A DNA stretch of 64,000 bases from Burkholderiaceae bacterium (GCA_036384915.1 DASVLJ010000042.1:33013-97012), one strand, 5' to 3'; numbered from the stretch's first letter, positions 10,496-19,212 are shown. Numbers and translations are program-made. The notes: a model not told the origin generated them from the sequence alone.

Positions 10496-11300
10496 GTCGG
10501 GGGAGAAGAAAAAACCAAACCGTTATCAAGCGATTATCGAACGGGTATTTTTGAATCGCTTCACTCCCAAGACTACGGAATTCGAATTTACCAGAGACGA
10601 ATTTGTATCGACCGCCAAGACGCTGGAGGTGGAGCTGCCGAAGAATATAGGCGATGTTATCTATTCTTTTCGCTACCGAAATGAACTTCCTGACGCAATC
10701 CGGAATACCGCAAAAAGCGGCTTCGAATGGATAATCGAGGGAGCGGGGCATGCACAATATCGCTTTCGACAAGTGAAATTCAATCGAATTCTCCCTCGGG
10801 CAGAGCTAATAACAATTAAGGTGCCAGACGCCACGCCGGAAATAATCGCGGCCTACTCGCTGAGTGACGAGCAAGCATTGCTGGCGAAGGTACGGTATTC
10901 GCGTTTGGTAGATGTCTTTCTGGGGGTAACAGCTTTTTCGTTGCAGAATCACCTGCGAACGACGGTAAAGAGTGTGGGGCAGATCGAAATAGACGAAATT
11001 TATGTCGCAATTGATCGTCATGGTCGTCAGTACGTGATTCCGGTACAGGCGAAGGGTGGCAACGACAAGCATGGTGTCGTACAGACGCAGCAAGATATTT
11101 TGTGTTGTGCCGAGAAATTTCCGAATTTGATTTGCAGAGCGGTTTCGGCGCAATTCATGAGCGCAAATAGAATTGCGATGTTCGAGCTTGCAGTTCAAAA
11201 GGATGAAGTGAAGGTGGTCGACGAAAAGCACTATCAACTTGTTGCAAGTACCGATATCACCCCGGAGGATTTATCGTTGTATTCACGGCGTAGCGATTAG
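10488..11300 (+). CDS. putative type II restriction endonuclease (family not recognised)
   Basis: Overlaps the methyltransferase stop by 8 nt (operon). Carries a PD-(D/E)XK-like IEIDEIYVAID...VQAKG signature. The position next to an m5C methyltransferase and vsr suggests the cognate REase. Confidence 0.5.
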   Translation: MPKSGEKKKPNRYQAIIERVFLNRFTPKTTEFEFTRDEFVSTAKTLEVELPKNIGDVIYSFRYRNELPDAIRNTAKSGFEWIIEGAGHAQYRFRQVKFNRILPRAELITIKVPDATPEIIAAYSLSDEQALLAKVRYSRLVDVFLGVTAFSLQNHLRTTVKSVGQIEIDEIYVAIDRHGRQYVIPVQAKGGNDKHGVVQTQQDILCCAEKFPNLICRAVSAQFMSANRIAMFELAVQKDEVKVVDEKHYQLVASTDITPEDLSLYSRRSD

Positions 11301-11348
11301 AGAGCCCCTCAAAACGCAGGCATTGGTTACAGATGCGAGGGCCTCCGG

Positions 11349-11524
11349 TGTTCGGCGCCGGCTATGAATACGCCTACCTTTATCCGGGCTTGCAAAAGGT
11401 GGTGCAGGCGGCCGGCCGCGTAATCCGCACTACGAGCGACCGCGGTACCGTGACCTTGATCGACGACCGCTTTGCCGCGCCGCAGGTGCGCGGGCTGTTG
11501 CCGGGTTGGTGGCATGTACAATAG
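11349..11524 (+). pseudogene. Duplicated 3' end remnant of the helicase gene (direct repeat copy 2; alternative ending ...PGWWHVQ*)
   Basis: Encodes FGAGYEYAYLYPGLQKVVQAAGRVIRTTSDRGTVTLIDDRFAAPQVRGLLPGWW, identical to the helicase C-terminus, but has no upstream gene body. Confidence 0.7.
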
Positions 11525-11609
11525 CGACGGCACCCGAAGCCGGGAAAACTTGCGAGAAATGCGCAGGCGCGGCTACACTTCAGGCTCGTATTTCTCTCAA
11601 ATTATCCCA

Positions 11610-11804
11610 ATGAAGAAGATATTCCATATCGCCGGCGCGCTCGGCGTGGCCTTGATCGTGCAATCGGCGCGTGCCCAATCGGTCGATAAACCCGTCTTCA
11701 AGGAGGGCGACAACTGGGAATACCAATACTTCGACACGTGGTCGAACCGCATGACATCGACCTTCTCCAAGCAAGTCATCGGGGTTTCAGGCGATTTCGG
11801 GTAG
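11610..11804 (+). pseudogene. N-terminal fragment of a gene for a secreted protein, interrupted by the IS1-family element
   Basis: MKKIFHIAGALGVALIVQSARA signal peptide. The frame terminates at a TAG inside the left IS terminal repeat. Removing 11800..15536 restores the frame into the 15536..16027 ORF (…SGDF-VRISYDLRE…). Confidence 0.8.
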
Positions 11805-11864
11805 TGTCTCAGTTTGATTTGTAACAGCGTTTTCATGCTTGAGCGGTCATGCTATCCTTGATGC

Positions 11865-12095
11865 ATGGCTACCAGACCCAAAAAGCTCGACTTGAACCAG
11901 CTCGCTAAGCGCATCGTAGATGAAGCCGCTGGCGAAGAACCTATCACACCAGCGCCACCCGAAAAAAACAAAGCCGCCCAAGAACTGGGGCGGCTAGGTG
12001 GCATCAAGGGCGGTGCGGCTCGCGCTAAGAGCCTTACACCAGAACAGCGTAGCGATATCGCCAAGAAGGCGGCAGCTAAGCGATGGGCAAAATAG
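11865..12095 (+). CDS. small basic hypothetical protein (76 aa), IS passenger
   Basis: MATRPKKLDLNQLAKRIVDEAAGEE...GRLGGIKGGAARAKSLTPEQRSDIAKKAAAKRWAK. Lys/Ala-rich, likely nucleic-acid binding. Family not identified. Confidence 0.5.
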   Translation: MATRPKKLDLNQLAKRIVDEAAGEEPITPAPPEKNKAAQELGRLGGIKGGAARAKSLTPEQRSDIAKKAAAKRWAK

Positions 12096-12125
12096 CTTCC
12101 CAAAAAGCCGCGCTCCAATTCTTAT

Positions 12126-12956
12126 CTAACTTTGCAAAGTCACCGTGATTTCGACAGCGCTATCGTCTTCGTCATACACTTGACTCACATTCATTGCAAA
12201 GGTTTGAAACCAGCGCAAGCGCTTCGTTGCAGGCCATTGCTCCCCTTGCTTGGGAATCTTCTGCAAGAGCGCTAAAAGCAGCGGATCAAGGTCTAGTCCA
12301 GTAGTACCGCCACCACCGTTTCCGCCATTTCCTCCTGTATTGCCATCGTTCGCATTCGCCTGCTTTGCCGGATCGGCATCCTTAACCAATACTGCGGGTA
12401 GAACTAGCTTATTGGGGCCTTGCTCTCGAAATCCGGTTTGTTGTGCGGAGCTTTCGAATACTTGTCGTGCACGTCCTTTCTGCTTTTCCGACACGCCGAG
12501 AGCGGCAATTTCTCGCTCTAATGCAGCGCTTGGCGGTGTGACATGACCTTTGTATTTATCATACAGCGCTCGAAACAGCGGAACACGAAGGAACGCCTCG
12601 GCCTTGGCTTGCCTAGCCTGGGATTGATCTACAACGCGTCGTCCCAAATCTGTCAAGTGGTAGCTCTCGGCGTCATTACTTTCAATCAGCCCGAACAAGC
12701 GGGCTGCCGCTAATTGAGACCTATAACTACTGCTTTTTGGGCTTTGGTCCATCCAAGCGGCAAGCTGGGAAGTAGCAGAACAATCTCCATGCCCAACATT
12801 CCCATGAATCGCCAGTGCCACAGCGACCGCAGCCTCGTAATCCGAGTAAGGGAATCCAATTGTTGAACGCTGCCGAGTCCTGACATCATCGGCAGCCCCT
12901 TCATCTTCGCCGTCAATTGCTTCGACATTTTCGCTCACGTGGATATCTCCGGTCAT
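12126..12956 (-). CDS. hypothetical protein (276 aa) with internal Gly-rich linker, IS passenger
   Basis: Long ORF in the low-GC segment. Gly-rich linker NTGGNGGNGGGGTTG separates a roughly 200-aa N-domain from a roughly 55-aa C-domain. No recognisable family. Confidence 0.55.
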   Translation of the reverse strand: MTGDIHVSENVEAIDGEDEGAADDVRTRQRSTIGFPYSDYEAAVAVALAIHGNVGHGDCSATSQLAAWMDQSPKSSSYRSQLAAARLFGLIESNDAESYHLTDLGRRVVDQSQARQAKAEAFLRVPLFRALYDKYKGHVTPPSAALEREIAALGVSEKQKGRARQVFESSAQQTGFREQGPNKLVLPAVLVKDADPAKQANANDGNTGGNGGNGGGGTTGLDLDPLLLALLQKIPKQGEQWPATKRLRWFQTFAMNVSQVYDEDDSAVEITVTLQS

Positions 12957-13289
12957 GTTAATGAACTGATGAACTGGAGTTTAATGCCGCCATTCGGTTA
13001 AGTCAATGCGAAAATTGGATAAATAACGAAATTCCTGTTTACTATCCGTTTTAGGCATTATAGAATGCACGGAACGATAGGAGAATGCCATGAGAAGATG
13101 CTGCGGCCTTAACTGAAATCGCCCGGTTAAGGCCAAAAGAAAGGCCCCAACAGCTAGAGACCTTTGGAGAGGGCAAGCAGTTGGGGCCGTGGCGATACAT
13201 TTTGCGAAGCGTTGCGGGCACCCGATTCCCCTAACAACCTAGAACACCCTGCGCCAACAGGGTGCGCTCTAGGAGAAAGGAGGTGCCAC

Positions 13290-13424
13290 ATGGATAAAAA
13301 ATCTTATCCTCCTGTGCCTGAAGGCTATGTGCTGAAGTTCGTGTCACACATTACGGTCAACGGCAAGGTTCTGTATGCGAAAGCATACGGCAAACGCGCT
13401 TGGCCGATCTTGGTTAAAACCTAA
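13290..13424 (+). CDS. small hypothetical protein (44 aa) upstream of the transposase
   Basis: Strong RBS (AGGAGG) 7 nt before ATG. MDKKSYPPVPEGYVLKFVSHITVNGKVLYAKAYGKRAWPILVKT. Could be an InsA-like small regulator; unverified. Confidence 0.35.
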   Translation: MDKKSYPPVPEGYVLKFVSHITVNGKVLYAKAYGKRAWPILVKT

Positions 13425-13532
13425 GAGTCGCCCGCACGCCTTCGCTTTTTACATTTTAAGCTAAATAAAGCCTCAAAACAACTTGCACATTCTTGCTCGC
13501 TCAAGCATAATTCATTTTAAGGAGGCAGGAAA

Positions 13533-14360
13533 ATGAATAAGCTGAGCTTACAAAAACGCACACAGATCATCGGCCTGCTGGTTGAGGGCAACTCAATGCG
13601 CGCCGCCTCCCGCCTCGCTGATTGCAGCATTAACACCGTTACCAAGCTGCTCGTAGATGTTGGCTACGCCTGCCAGTTCTACCAAGCCCAGGTCATCAAG
13701 AACGTTCAAGCCAAGCGCGTTCAATGCGACGAGATTTGGTCTTTCTGCTACTCGAAGGAAAAGAACGTCGCGCCGGAAGACAAGGGCATATTGGGCCACG
13801 GCGATGTGTACACATGGACTGCCATCGATGCTGATACAAAACTCGCCATTTCGTGGCTCGTCGGTCGCCGCGATCTTGAGTATGCTGAGGTGTTTATCGA
13901 AGACTTGGCATCGCGCCTTGCTGGCCGCATCCAGCTAACCACGGACGGCCACGGCCCGTATATTCCAGCCGTGGATAGAATCTTTGGCGGGGCAATCGAC
14001 TACGCCATGTTGGTGAAGCACTACGAAGGCCAATCCAACACGGATCAACGTCGCTACAGCCCCGCCCAATTCGTCTGCGCAGAGAAGCGCCGCATCAGCG
14101 GCCTGCCGTTTGCCAAGCATGTTTCAACTAGCTTTGTCGAACGCCAAAACTTGACCATGCGGATGGGCATGCGCCGCTTCACGCGGCTGACAAACGGCTT
14201 CAGCAAGAAGATCGAAAACCTTGAGCATGCCGTGGCGCTGCACTTCATGCATTACAACTTTTGCCGCATCCATAAGACGCTGAAGACTACGCCCGCACTC
14301 GAAGCGGGGATTGCTGACAAGCTTTGGAGCATTGAGGATATTGCGAAGCTACTAGACTGA
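13533..14360 (+). CDS. IS1-family (ISMhu11 group) single-ORF DDE transposase
   Basis: N-terminal HTH MNKLSLQKRTQIIGLLVEGNSMRAASRLADCSINTVTKLLVDVG. RVQCDEIWSFCYSKEKNV and the C-terminal ...HKTLKTTPALEAGIADKLWSIEDI are characteristic of this transposase group. Confidence 0.8.
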   Translation: MNKLSLQKRTQIIGLLVEGNSMRAASRLADCSINTVTKLLVDVGYACQFYQAQVIKNVQAKRVQCDEIWSFCYSKEKNVAPEDKGILGHGDVYTWTAIDADTKLAISWLVGRRDLEYAEVFIEDLASRLAGRIQLTTDGHGPYIPAVDRIFGGAIDYAMLVKHYEGQSNTDQRRYSPAQFVCAEKRRISGLPFAKHVSTSFVERQNLTMRMGMRRFTRLTNGFSKKIENLEHAVALHFMHYNFCRIHKTLKTTPALEAGIADKLWSIEDIAKLLD

Positions 14361-14648
14361 AATGGCAACAAATCTAATTTCTAATAGATTGATTTCGTTT
14401 TCCGTTACCGTAAACAGGAACGTAAGCGTAAACGGAAATCCATAATTTACATGCTGCGAGCTTGTCCGCAAAAGATATACTTGCGGGTCCGTTCCTGGAA
14501 TAGGCGTAGCGTCCTCTAAAGGATTCCGCGCCAACCTCCAAGACCAACCGCATTCCCACCAATCCTGAAAACGAGGATACGCTGCGGCAAGGCGATCCAA
14601 TTCTGCCGAAACACTAACTGATTCTGAAATTGTTTTGGCAAAAGTCAT
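14352..14648 (-). CDS. putative toxin (98 aa, unrecognised family) encoded immediately after the Panacea-domain antitoxin
   Basis: Its ATG directly abuts the Panacea gene stop (TAGATG), a typical TA operon arrangement. C-terminal YLLRTSSQHVNYGFPFTLTFLFTVTENEINLLEIRF has a RelE/ParE-like beta-rich flavour but was not confidently assigned. Confidence 0.5.
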   Translation of the reverse strand: MTFAKTISESVSVSAELDRLAAAYPRFQDWWECGWSWRLARNPLEDATPIPGTDPQVYLLRTSSQHVNYGFPFTLTFLFTVTENEINLLEIRFVAISV

Positions 14649-15182
14649 CTATGCCGCCAATTTTTCTTTAGCCCATGCGAAATCTGTTTCATCCACCTCT
14701 CCAACATCCGATGCAAAGACGGTGGCCAACGGGATTTCTTCTCCCATATTGGCAATTCTCCAGATTATACCGTGCGTTTCCTCGCTAACAGTTTTGGCGG
14801 TATGGTTCAGGCAAACATGCTCAAATGCAGAATCAACTAGCTTAATTTCATCTACCGAAAAAATAGATGTATCGCATTCGGCAATAGCAATATATTCGGT
14901 TTTGACGAATCCAAAATGATCCACGCGCCCGCGCGCAATCAAGCCCTCGGCAACTAATTGATCGACCGCTGACACGATATGCCTCGGCACTGGCCCATGC
15001 TGACGCTTCACATAAGATTCGCCGGTAATCGAATGCCCGGTGACCATATAGCGAATTGAATCAGAATACCAAAGTACCTTATTAAGTTTTACCGCCCCAA
15101 GAACGGAAGGGTCCGATGCCTTTTCGCAAATATAATGCACCAGCGCCTTAAATTTTTCCCAGTTCATAGTTTCCATTTTCAA
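14649..15182 (-). CDS. Panacea-domain (DUF4065, SocA-like) antitoxin
   Basis: 177 aa. KLNKVLWYSDSIRYMVTGHSITGESYVKRQHGPVP matches the Panacea domain core. AT-rich promoter region lies upstream inside the IS. Confidence 0.7.
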   Translation of the reverse strand: MKMETMNWEKFKALVHYICEKASDPSVLGAVKLNKVLWYSDSIRYMVTGHSITGESYVKRQHGPVPRHIVSAVDQLVAEGLIARGRVDHFGFVKTEYIAIAECDTSIFSVDEIKLVDSAFEHVCLNHTAKTVSEETHGIIWRIANMGEEIPLATVFASDVGEVDETDFAWAKEKLAA

Positions 15183-15535
15183 GCTCCTGTATTCAATGTG
15201 GAGCGAAATCTCAAAATTTCCAGCAATTTAAACGCCAACGCATAACTTTGCTCGCGCGGAACGCTCGCAGTCAGGGTAGCATATTTTATGCAAGTCAAGC
15301 AATTTTTACGTGCGAATGCAATAAAAGTATGTTGCGCGGAAATTTCATAAATAACAACCTGTCATTGTTGTCAGGTACTACGCAAAATTTTCGCTCGCCG
15401 TTAGGCATCATATTAGTTAAATAATTTCAAAATCATGAGTAACAATTTATGAATTTTGTTTTTGCTTTTTAACAACGCCGAAAATCAAGGAATATCAACG
15501 CCTGTTACATTTGATCTGAGACACTGCCCGATTTC

Positions 15536-16027
15536 GTGCGCATCTCCTATGATTTGCGCGAGATTTCCAAGACCGGCGATATCGGCCGGCCGCAGCAATC
15601 GGAAAGCACGGTGCGCGCGGACCTGAATGGCACCACGATGTCGGGCAGTGAAAAGTTCGACCGGCTCAACTACAAGTGGCCGCTCGAAACGGGCAAGAAG
15701 TGGACTTCCCAATTCAAGTCCGATCTGCCCCCGGCCGCTGTCAATGCCCCGTCCCAGGTCATGACGACCACGATGGATTCCGAGGTCAAGGGCTGGGAAA
15801 AGGTCAAGACGCCGGCCGGCGAATTCAATGCCCTGAAAATCGTCGTCAAGGGCAGCTGGAGCGTGAGCAATTCCGCCGCCAGCACCGGGTCGGGCACCTT
15901 CAATGCCGCGCACTGGTACAGCCCCGATGTGAAAAGCGACGTGCAATACACCTATGAAGCCTTCAGTGCCGACGGCACACCGGGGAACAAGACCAAGCAG
16001 GTGTTGAGCAGTTACAACTTCAGGTAG
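15536..16027 (+). pseudogene. C-terminal fragment of the IS-interrupted secreted-protein gene
   Basis: Starts at the G of the right target-site duplication copy. Frame continuity with 11610..11799 after precise excision of the IS plus one TSD copy. Confidence 0.8.
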
Positions 16028-16790
16028 GCCGGCGTTCGGAAGCCGGCAGCAAGACGGCCGCGGCGACCGCGGCAAGCAAGTGCTTGAGTGTGTGGCCGCT
16101 GATCACATGCAGCAGATCCTGCAGTTGGTGGTCGTACAGCTCGGCAAGCTTGGCTGCGCCATACAGGACGATGGCGGCGGCGAGCGCCAGGCGTCTGGCC
16201 CGCGGCGCGTGTGCCGTGGCTTGCCATAGCGGAATCAGCACCACAGGTAGTATCTGGAATAGCAAATACCAGCGCAAGTCGCCGACGCCGCATAGGTCGG
16301 TGATGCGCCACCAAAGGACGCCGGCGACGGCCCCGAACGCCAGCAGCAGCGTATCGCGCATCTCGGCTGCCCGGCGCGGGCGCGGATGCCACTCGGCGCG
16401 TGTCGCCGCCAGCAAGCCGGCGCAGGTCAGTGCGGTCGGCATGCGGTCCCAGACCAGCCGCGCATTGTCGGGCGCGAGGTGATAGTAGCCGGAGCCGACG
16501 GTGGTTAGCAGCAGGCCGGCCAGGAACAAGCGATAGCCGTAGCACCCCGGCTGCCATGCCTTGCCGCAAAACAGCGATCGCAATTTCCACAGTCCCCAGA
16601 AGGCGACGAGAGCGAAGCTGCCATTCGACAGCACGTCGCCGGCATGCGGTATGCCGAGAACATTGCCCTGGTCGGCAAATTGATGATAATCGGCGAATTG
16701 GGCGACCGGCCCATGTATCCACAAAACCGCAATCAATATCAGCGTCAGGGCGGCGGGAAGTTGGCGCGGCATGATATTCCTCCTTTTCAT
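16020..16790 (-). CDS. ceramidase-family integral membrane protein (alkaline ceramidase-like)
   Basis: Multi-TM protein with FADYHQFADQGNVLGIPHAGDVLSNGSF, reminiscent of bacterial ceramidase/PF05875 proteins. Start uncertain (16790 or 16772). Confidence 0.5.
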   Translation of the reverse strand: MKRRNIMPRQLPAALTLILIAVLWIHGPVAQFADYHQFADQGNVLGIPHAGDVLSNGSFALVAFWGLWKLRSLFCGKAWQPGCYGYRLFLAGLLLTTVGSGYYHLAPDNARLVWDRMPTALTCAGLLAATRAEWHPRPRRAAEMRDTLLLAFGAVAGVLWWRITDLCGVGDLRWYLLFQILPVVLIPLWQATAHAPRARRLALAAAIVLYGAAKLAELYDHQLQDLLHVISGHTLKHLLAAVAAAVLLPASERRPT

Positions 16791-16917
16791 GCCGGCAGCA
16801 TGCGCCGCAAAAGCGCCGAGGCAAATGGCCGTGCAAACGGTAGCAAAGCCTGCCGCTCCGCGTAGCAGGTGATGCTACCTTGAGTGTTAGACTGCGGGTT
16901 TACCTTCACGTCCGGCC

Positions 16918-17673
16918 ATGTCCCTGCCGCCTTTGCACAAGACCTTGGAAGAATGCGCATTTCGCGCCCTGCCCGCCCCGCGGACGCAGGTGTTTGACGG
17001 TTGGGTTGTGCGTCTGGCCGGCGGCGGGCCCAAGCGGGCCAATTCGGTCAATGTGGTCGATACCTCGACGCTGCCTTTGGCGCATAAGATCGGGCATTGC
17101 GAACAGCTGTTTTTGGAACAGGGCCTGGCGCCGACGTTTCGCCTGACCTGGCATGAGGTCGACGCCGGGCTCGATGCATTGCTTGCCGCACGCGGCTATG
17201 TGCGCCAGGATGAAAGCATCGTCATGACGCTCGCGCTTGATGCAATCGATACCACCGATATGGCGAGCGCGGCATGTACGCTGCTTGCGGCGGACGAATG
17301 GCTACAATTGCTGCCGCGCATCGATCAGGGCACGCCGGAACGCAAGCGAAAACATGTCGAGTTGTTGCGCCGACTGGATTTGCCTGCACTCTATGGCGCT
17401 GTCGAAACAAGCGGTGAATACCATGCCATGGGGCTGGTCGTGATCGACGACGATTACGCCGGGTTGTTCGATATCGCAACCTTGCCCGGATTCCGGCGCC
17501 GGGGGTACGCACGTTCGTTGACCCGTGCGTTGCTGCACGGGGCCAAGCGCCAGGGAGCGAAATCGGCTTACTTGCAAGTCGTGGCGGGGAATAGTGAGGC
17601 CGTGACGCTGTACGCCTCACTCGGTTTTGCCGATTGTTACCGCTATTGGTATCGCGTGCGTGATACCGCTTAA
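16918..17673 (+). CDS. GNAT family N-acetyltransferase
   Basis: C-terminal LPGFRRRGYARSLTRALLHGAKRQGAKSAYLQVVAGNSEAVTLYASLGF is a GNAT acetyl-CoA binding fold motif. Confidence 0.7.
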   Translation: MSLPPLHKTLEECAFRALPAPRTQVFDGWVVRLAGGGPKRANSVNVVDTSTLPLAHKIGHCEQLFLEQGLAPTFRLTWHEVDAGLDALLAARGYVRQDESIVMTLALDAIDTTDMASAACTLLAADEWLQLLPRIDQGTPERKRKHVELLRRLDLPALYGAVETSGEYHAMGLVVIDDDYAGLFDIATLPGFRRRGYARSLTRALLHGAKRQGAKSAYLQVVAGNSEAVTLYASLGFADCYRYWYRVRDTA

Positions 17674-18003
17674 CGGATACCGAACATGGGAAAAATCATG
17701 TTCCCTTGTTTCAGGCGAGTGCGCAGCCTGCGTGAAAGTCGAACAAGACTGGATGGCTCCTTGGTTTCCGCTTGGTATGTCTTCGTCCGGTACTTCGGCA
17801 CGGGTTTAAACAGCATCTCAATCATTATCATCCTCTCGTCGCCCGAGCAATTGCAGGCGCAATTCGTGTTTTGCAATGCGGCGCGCTGCGCGCCGCGGGT
17901 TATAGGCGTCGTGGCTGCCGGCCTTGCGCTGCCTGGCGGGCAGCGCGACCGGATTGCGCGGTTTGGGCGCCTTGGGTAGCGTTATCTTGATCTTCATGGT
18001 TCT

Positions 18004-19212
18004 TCATCCTTTGATGCAGACGACCTGGCGCAGCGTGTGCGCCACTTCCACCAGGTCGCTCTGGTGTTCCATCACCGTATCGATATCCTTGTAAGCCGCC
18101 GGAATTTCATCGACCACGCCGCCATCCTTGCGGCATTCGATGCCGCGCGTCTGCTCTTCGAGGTCGAAGCGATTGAAGCGGTGCTTGGCTTCGCTGCGGC
18201 TCATGCGCCGTCCGGCGCCGTGCGAGCACGAGCAAAATGAATCGGGGTTGCCCTTGCCGCGCACGATGTAGCTCTTCGCCCCCATGCTGCCGGGGATGAT
18301 GCCGAGTTCGCCCTGCCGCGCCGAAATCGCTCCCTTGCGCGTGACGTACAGCTTTTCATTGGCATGCTCTTCAATGGCCACATAGTTATGGTGGCAATTG
18401 ATCGCTTCGCCATCGAGCTTGAACGGCGGCAGTTGTTCCGCCATCGCGTCGACCACGCGGCGCATCATTTCGCGCCGGTTGATCATGGCGTAGTCTTGCG
18501 CCCAATCCACCGCTTCCACGTAGTCGTCGAACCATTGCGAACCCTCACTGAAATAAGACAAGTCGCGGTCGGGCAGGCGCACCTGGTGCCGCATCATGTC
18601 TTTCTTCGCCGCCGAGATGAAATAGCGTCCGATCACATTGCCGATGCCGCGCGAACCCGAATGCAGCATGATCCATACGCGCTGTTCTTCGTCCAGGCAG
18701 ACTTCGATGAAGTGATTGCCGCCGCCCAAGGTGCCCAGCTGGCAAATCCAGGTCTGGGCAAACTTGTGCTGCATCTTCATGATGCCCTTGTGTTTTGCCA
18801 CGATGCGGTCGAGCCGCTCGTTCAAGGGCCGGCCCACACGGGCATGGGCCGAACCGCGCACCTTGTTCCATTCGTGCTGCTCGAAGCCGACCGGCACGCG
18901 CAACTCGATGGCGCTGCGCAATTTCGCCAGACTGTCGGGCAGATCGTTGGCCGTCAGCGTGGTGCGCACGGCATTCATGCCGCAGCCGATGTCGACGCCG
19001 ACCGCGGATGGAATGATGGCGCCGCGCGTCGGAATGACGCTGCCGACCGTGGCGCCGGTGCCGTAGTGGACGTCCGGCATGGCCGCGACGTGCGGGTGGA
19101 CGATGGGCAGGCTCGATATGTTGATGAGCTGCTGTAACGCGTCGTGCGCGATATCGTCGGTGTAAATGTGCACAGGTACCAGCCCCTTGTGCAGGCTTTG
19201 TTTGATGGGCAT
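18004..19212 (-). CDS. rtcB: RNA-splicing ligase RtcB (second paralog)
   Basis: 402 aa with HPHVAAMPDVHYGTGATVGSVIPTRGAIIPSAVGVDIGCGM, the canonical RtcB metal-binding region. Full-length match to E. coli RtcB. Confidence 0.9.
   Translation of the reverse strand: MPIKQSLHKGLVPVHIYTDDIAHDALQQLINISSLPIVHPHVAAMPDVHYGTGATVGSVIPTRGAIIPSAVGVDIGCGMNAVRTTLTANDLPDSLAKLRSAIELRVPVGFEQHEWNKVRGSAHARVGRPLNERLDRIVAKHKGIMKMQHKFAQTWICQLGTLGGGNHFIEVCLDEEQRVWIMLHSGSRGIGNVIGRYFISAAKKDMMRHQVRLPDRDLSYFSEGSQWFDDYVEAVDWAQDYAMINRREMMRRVVDAMAEQLPPFKLDGEAINCHHNYVAIEEHANEKLYVTRKGAISARQGELGIIPGSMGAKSYIVRGKGNPDSFCSCSHGAGRRMSRSEAKHRFNRFDLEEQTRGIECRKDGGVVDEIPAAYKDIDTVMEHQSDLVEVAHTLRQVVCIKG

Larger units (their letters stand above)
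8631..11512 (+). mobile_element. Restriction-modification genomic islet (vsr-dcm-REase) inserted at the helicase 3' end with a 164-bp long target duplication
   Basis: A unique low-GC 2.7-kb segment is bounded by the 164-bp direct repeats. It carries overlapping vsr, C5-methyltransferase and endonuclease genes. No integrase or transposase is present in the unit. Confidence 0.6.
11800..15528 (+). mobile_element. IS1-family (ISMhu11-like) transporter IS, 3.7 kb, with passenger genes
   Basis: Left end GGTAGTGTCTCAGTTTGATTTGTAACAGCG; reverse complement of right end GGCAGTGTCTCAGATCAAATGTAACAGGCG. Flanked by the 8-bp direct repeat CGATTTCG (11792..11799 and 15529..15536). Internal single-ORF IS1-type transposase. 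The IR start resembles IS1 GGTAATG. Confidence 0.75.

Noticed and set aside
11472-11804. 110-aa ORF beginning MPRRRCAGCC inside the duplicated repeat
   Set aside because: The N-terminal part is an out-of-frame read of the repeat. The real gene starts at ATG 11610 with a signal peptide and is interrupted by the IS.
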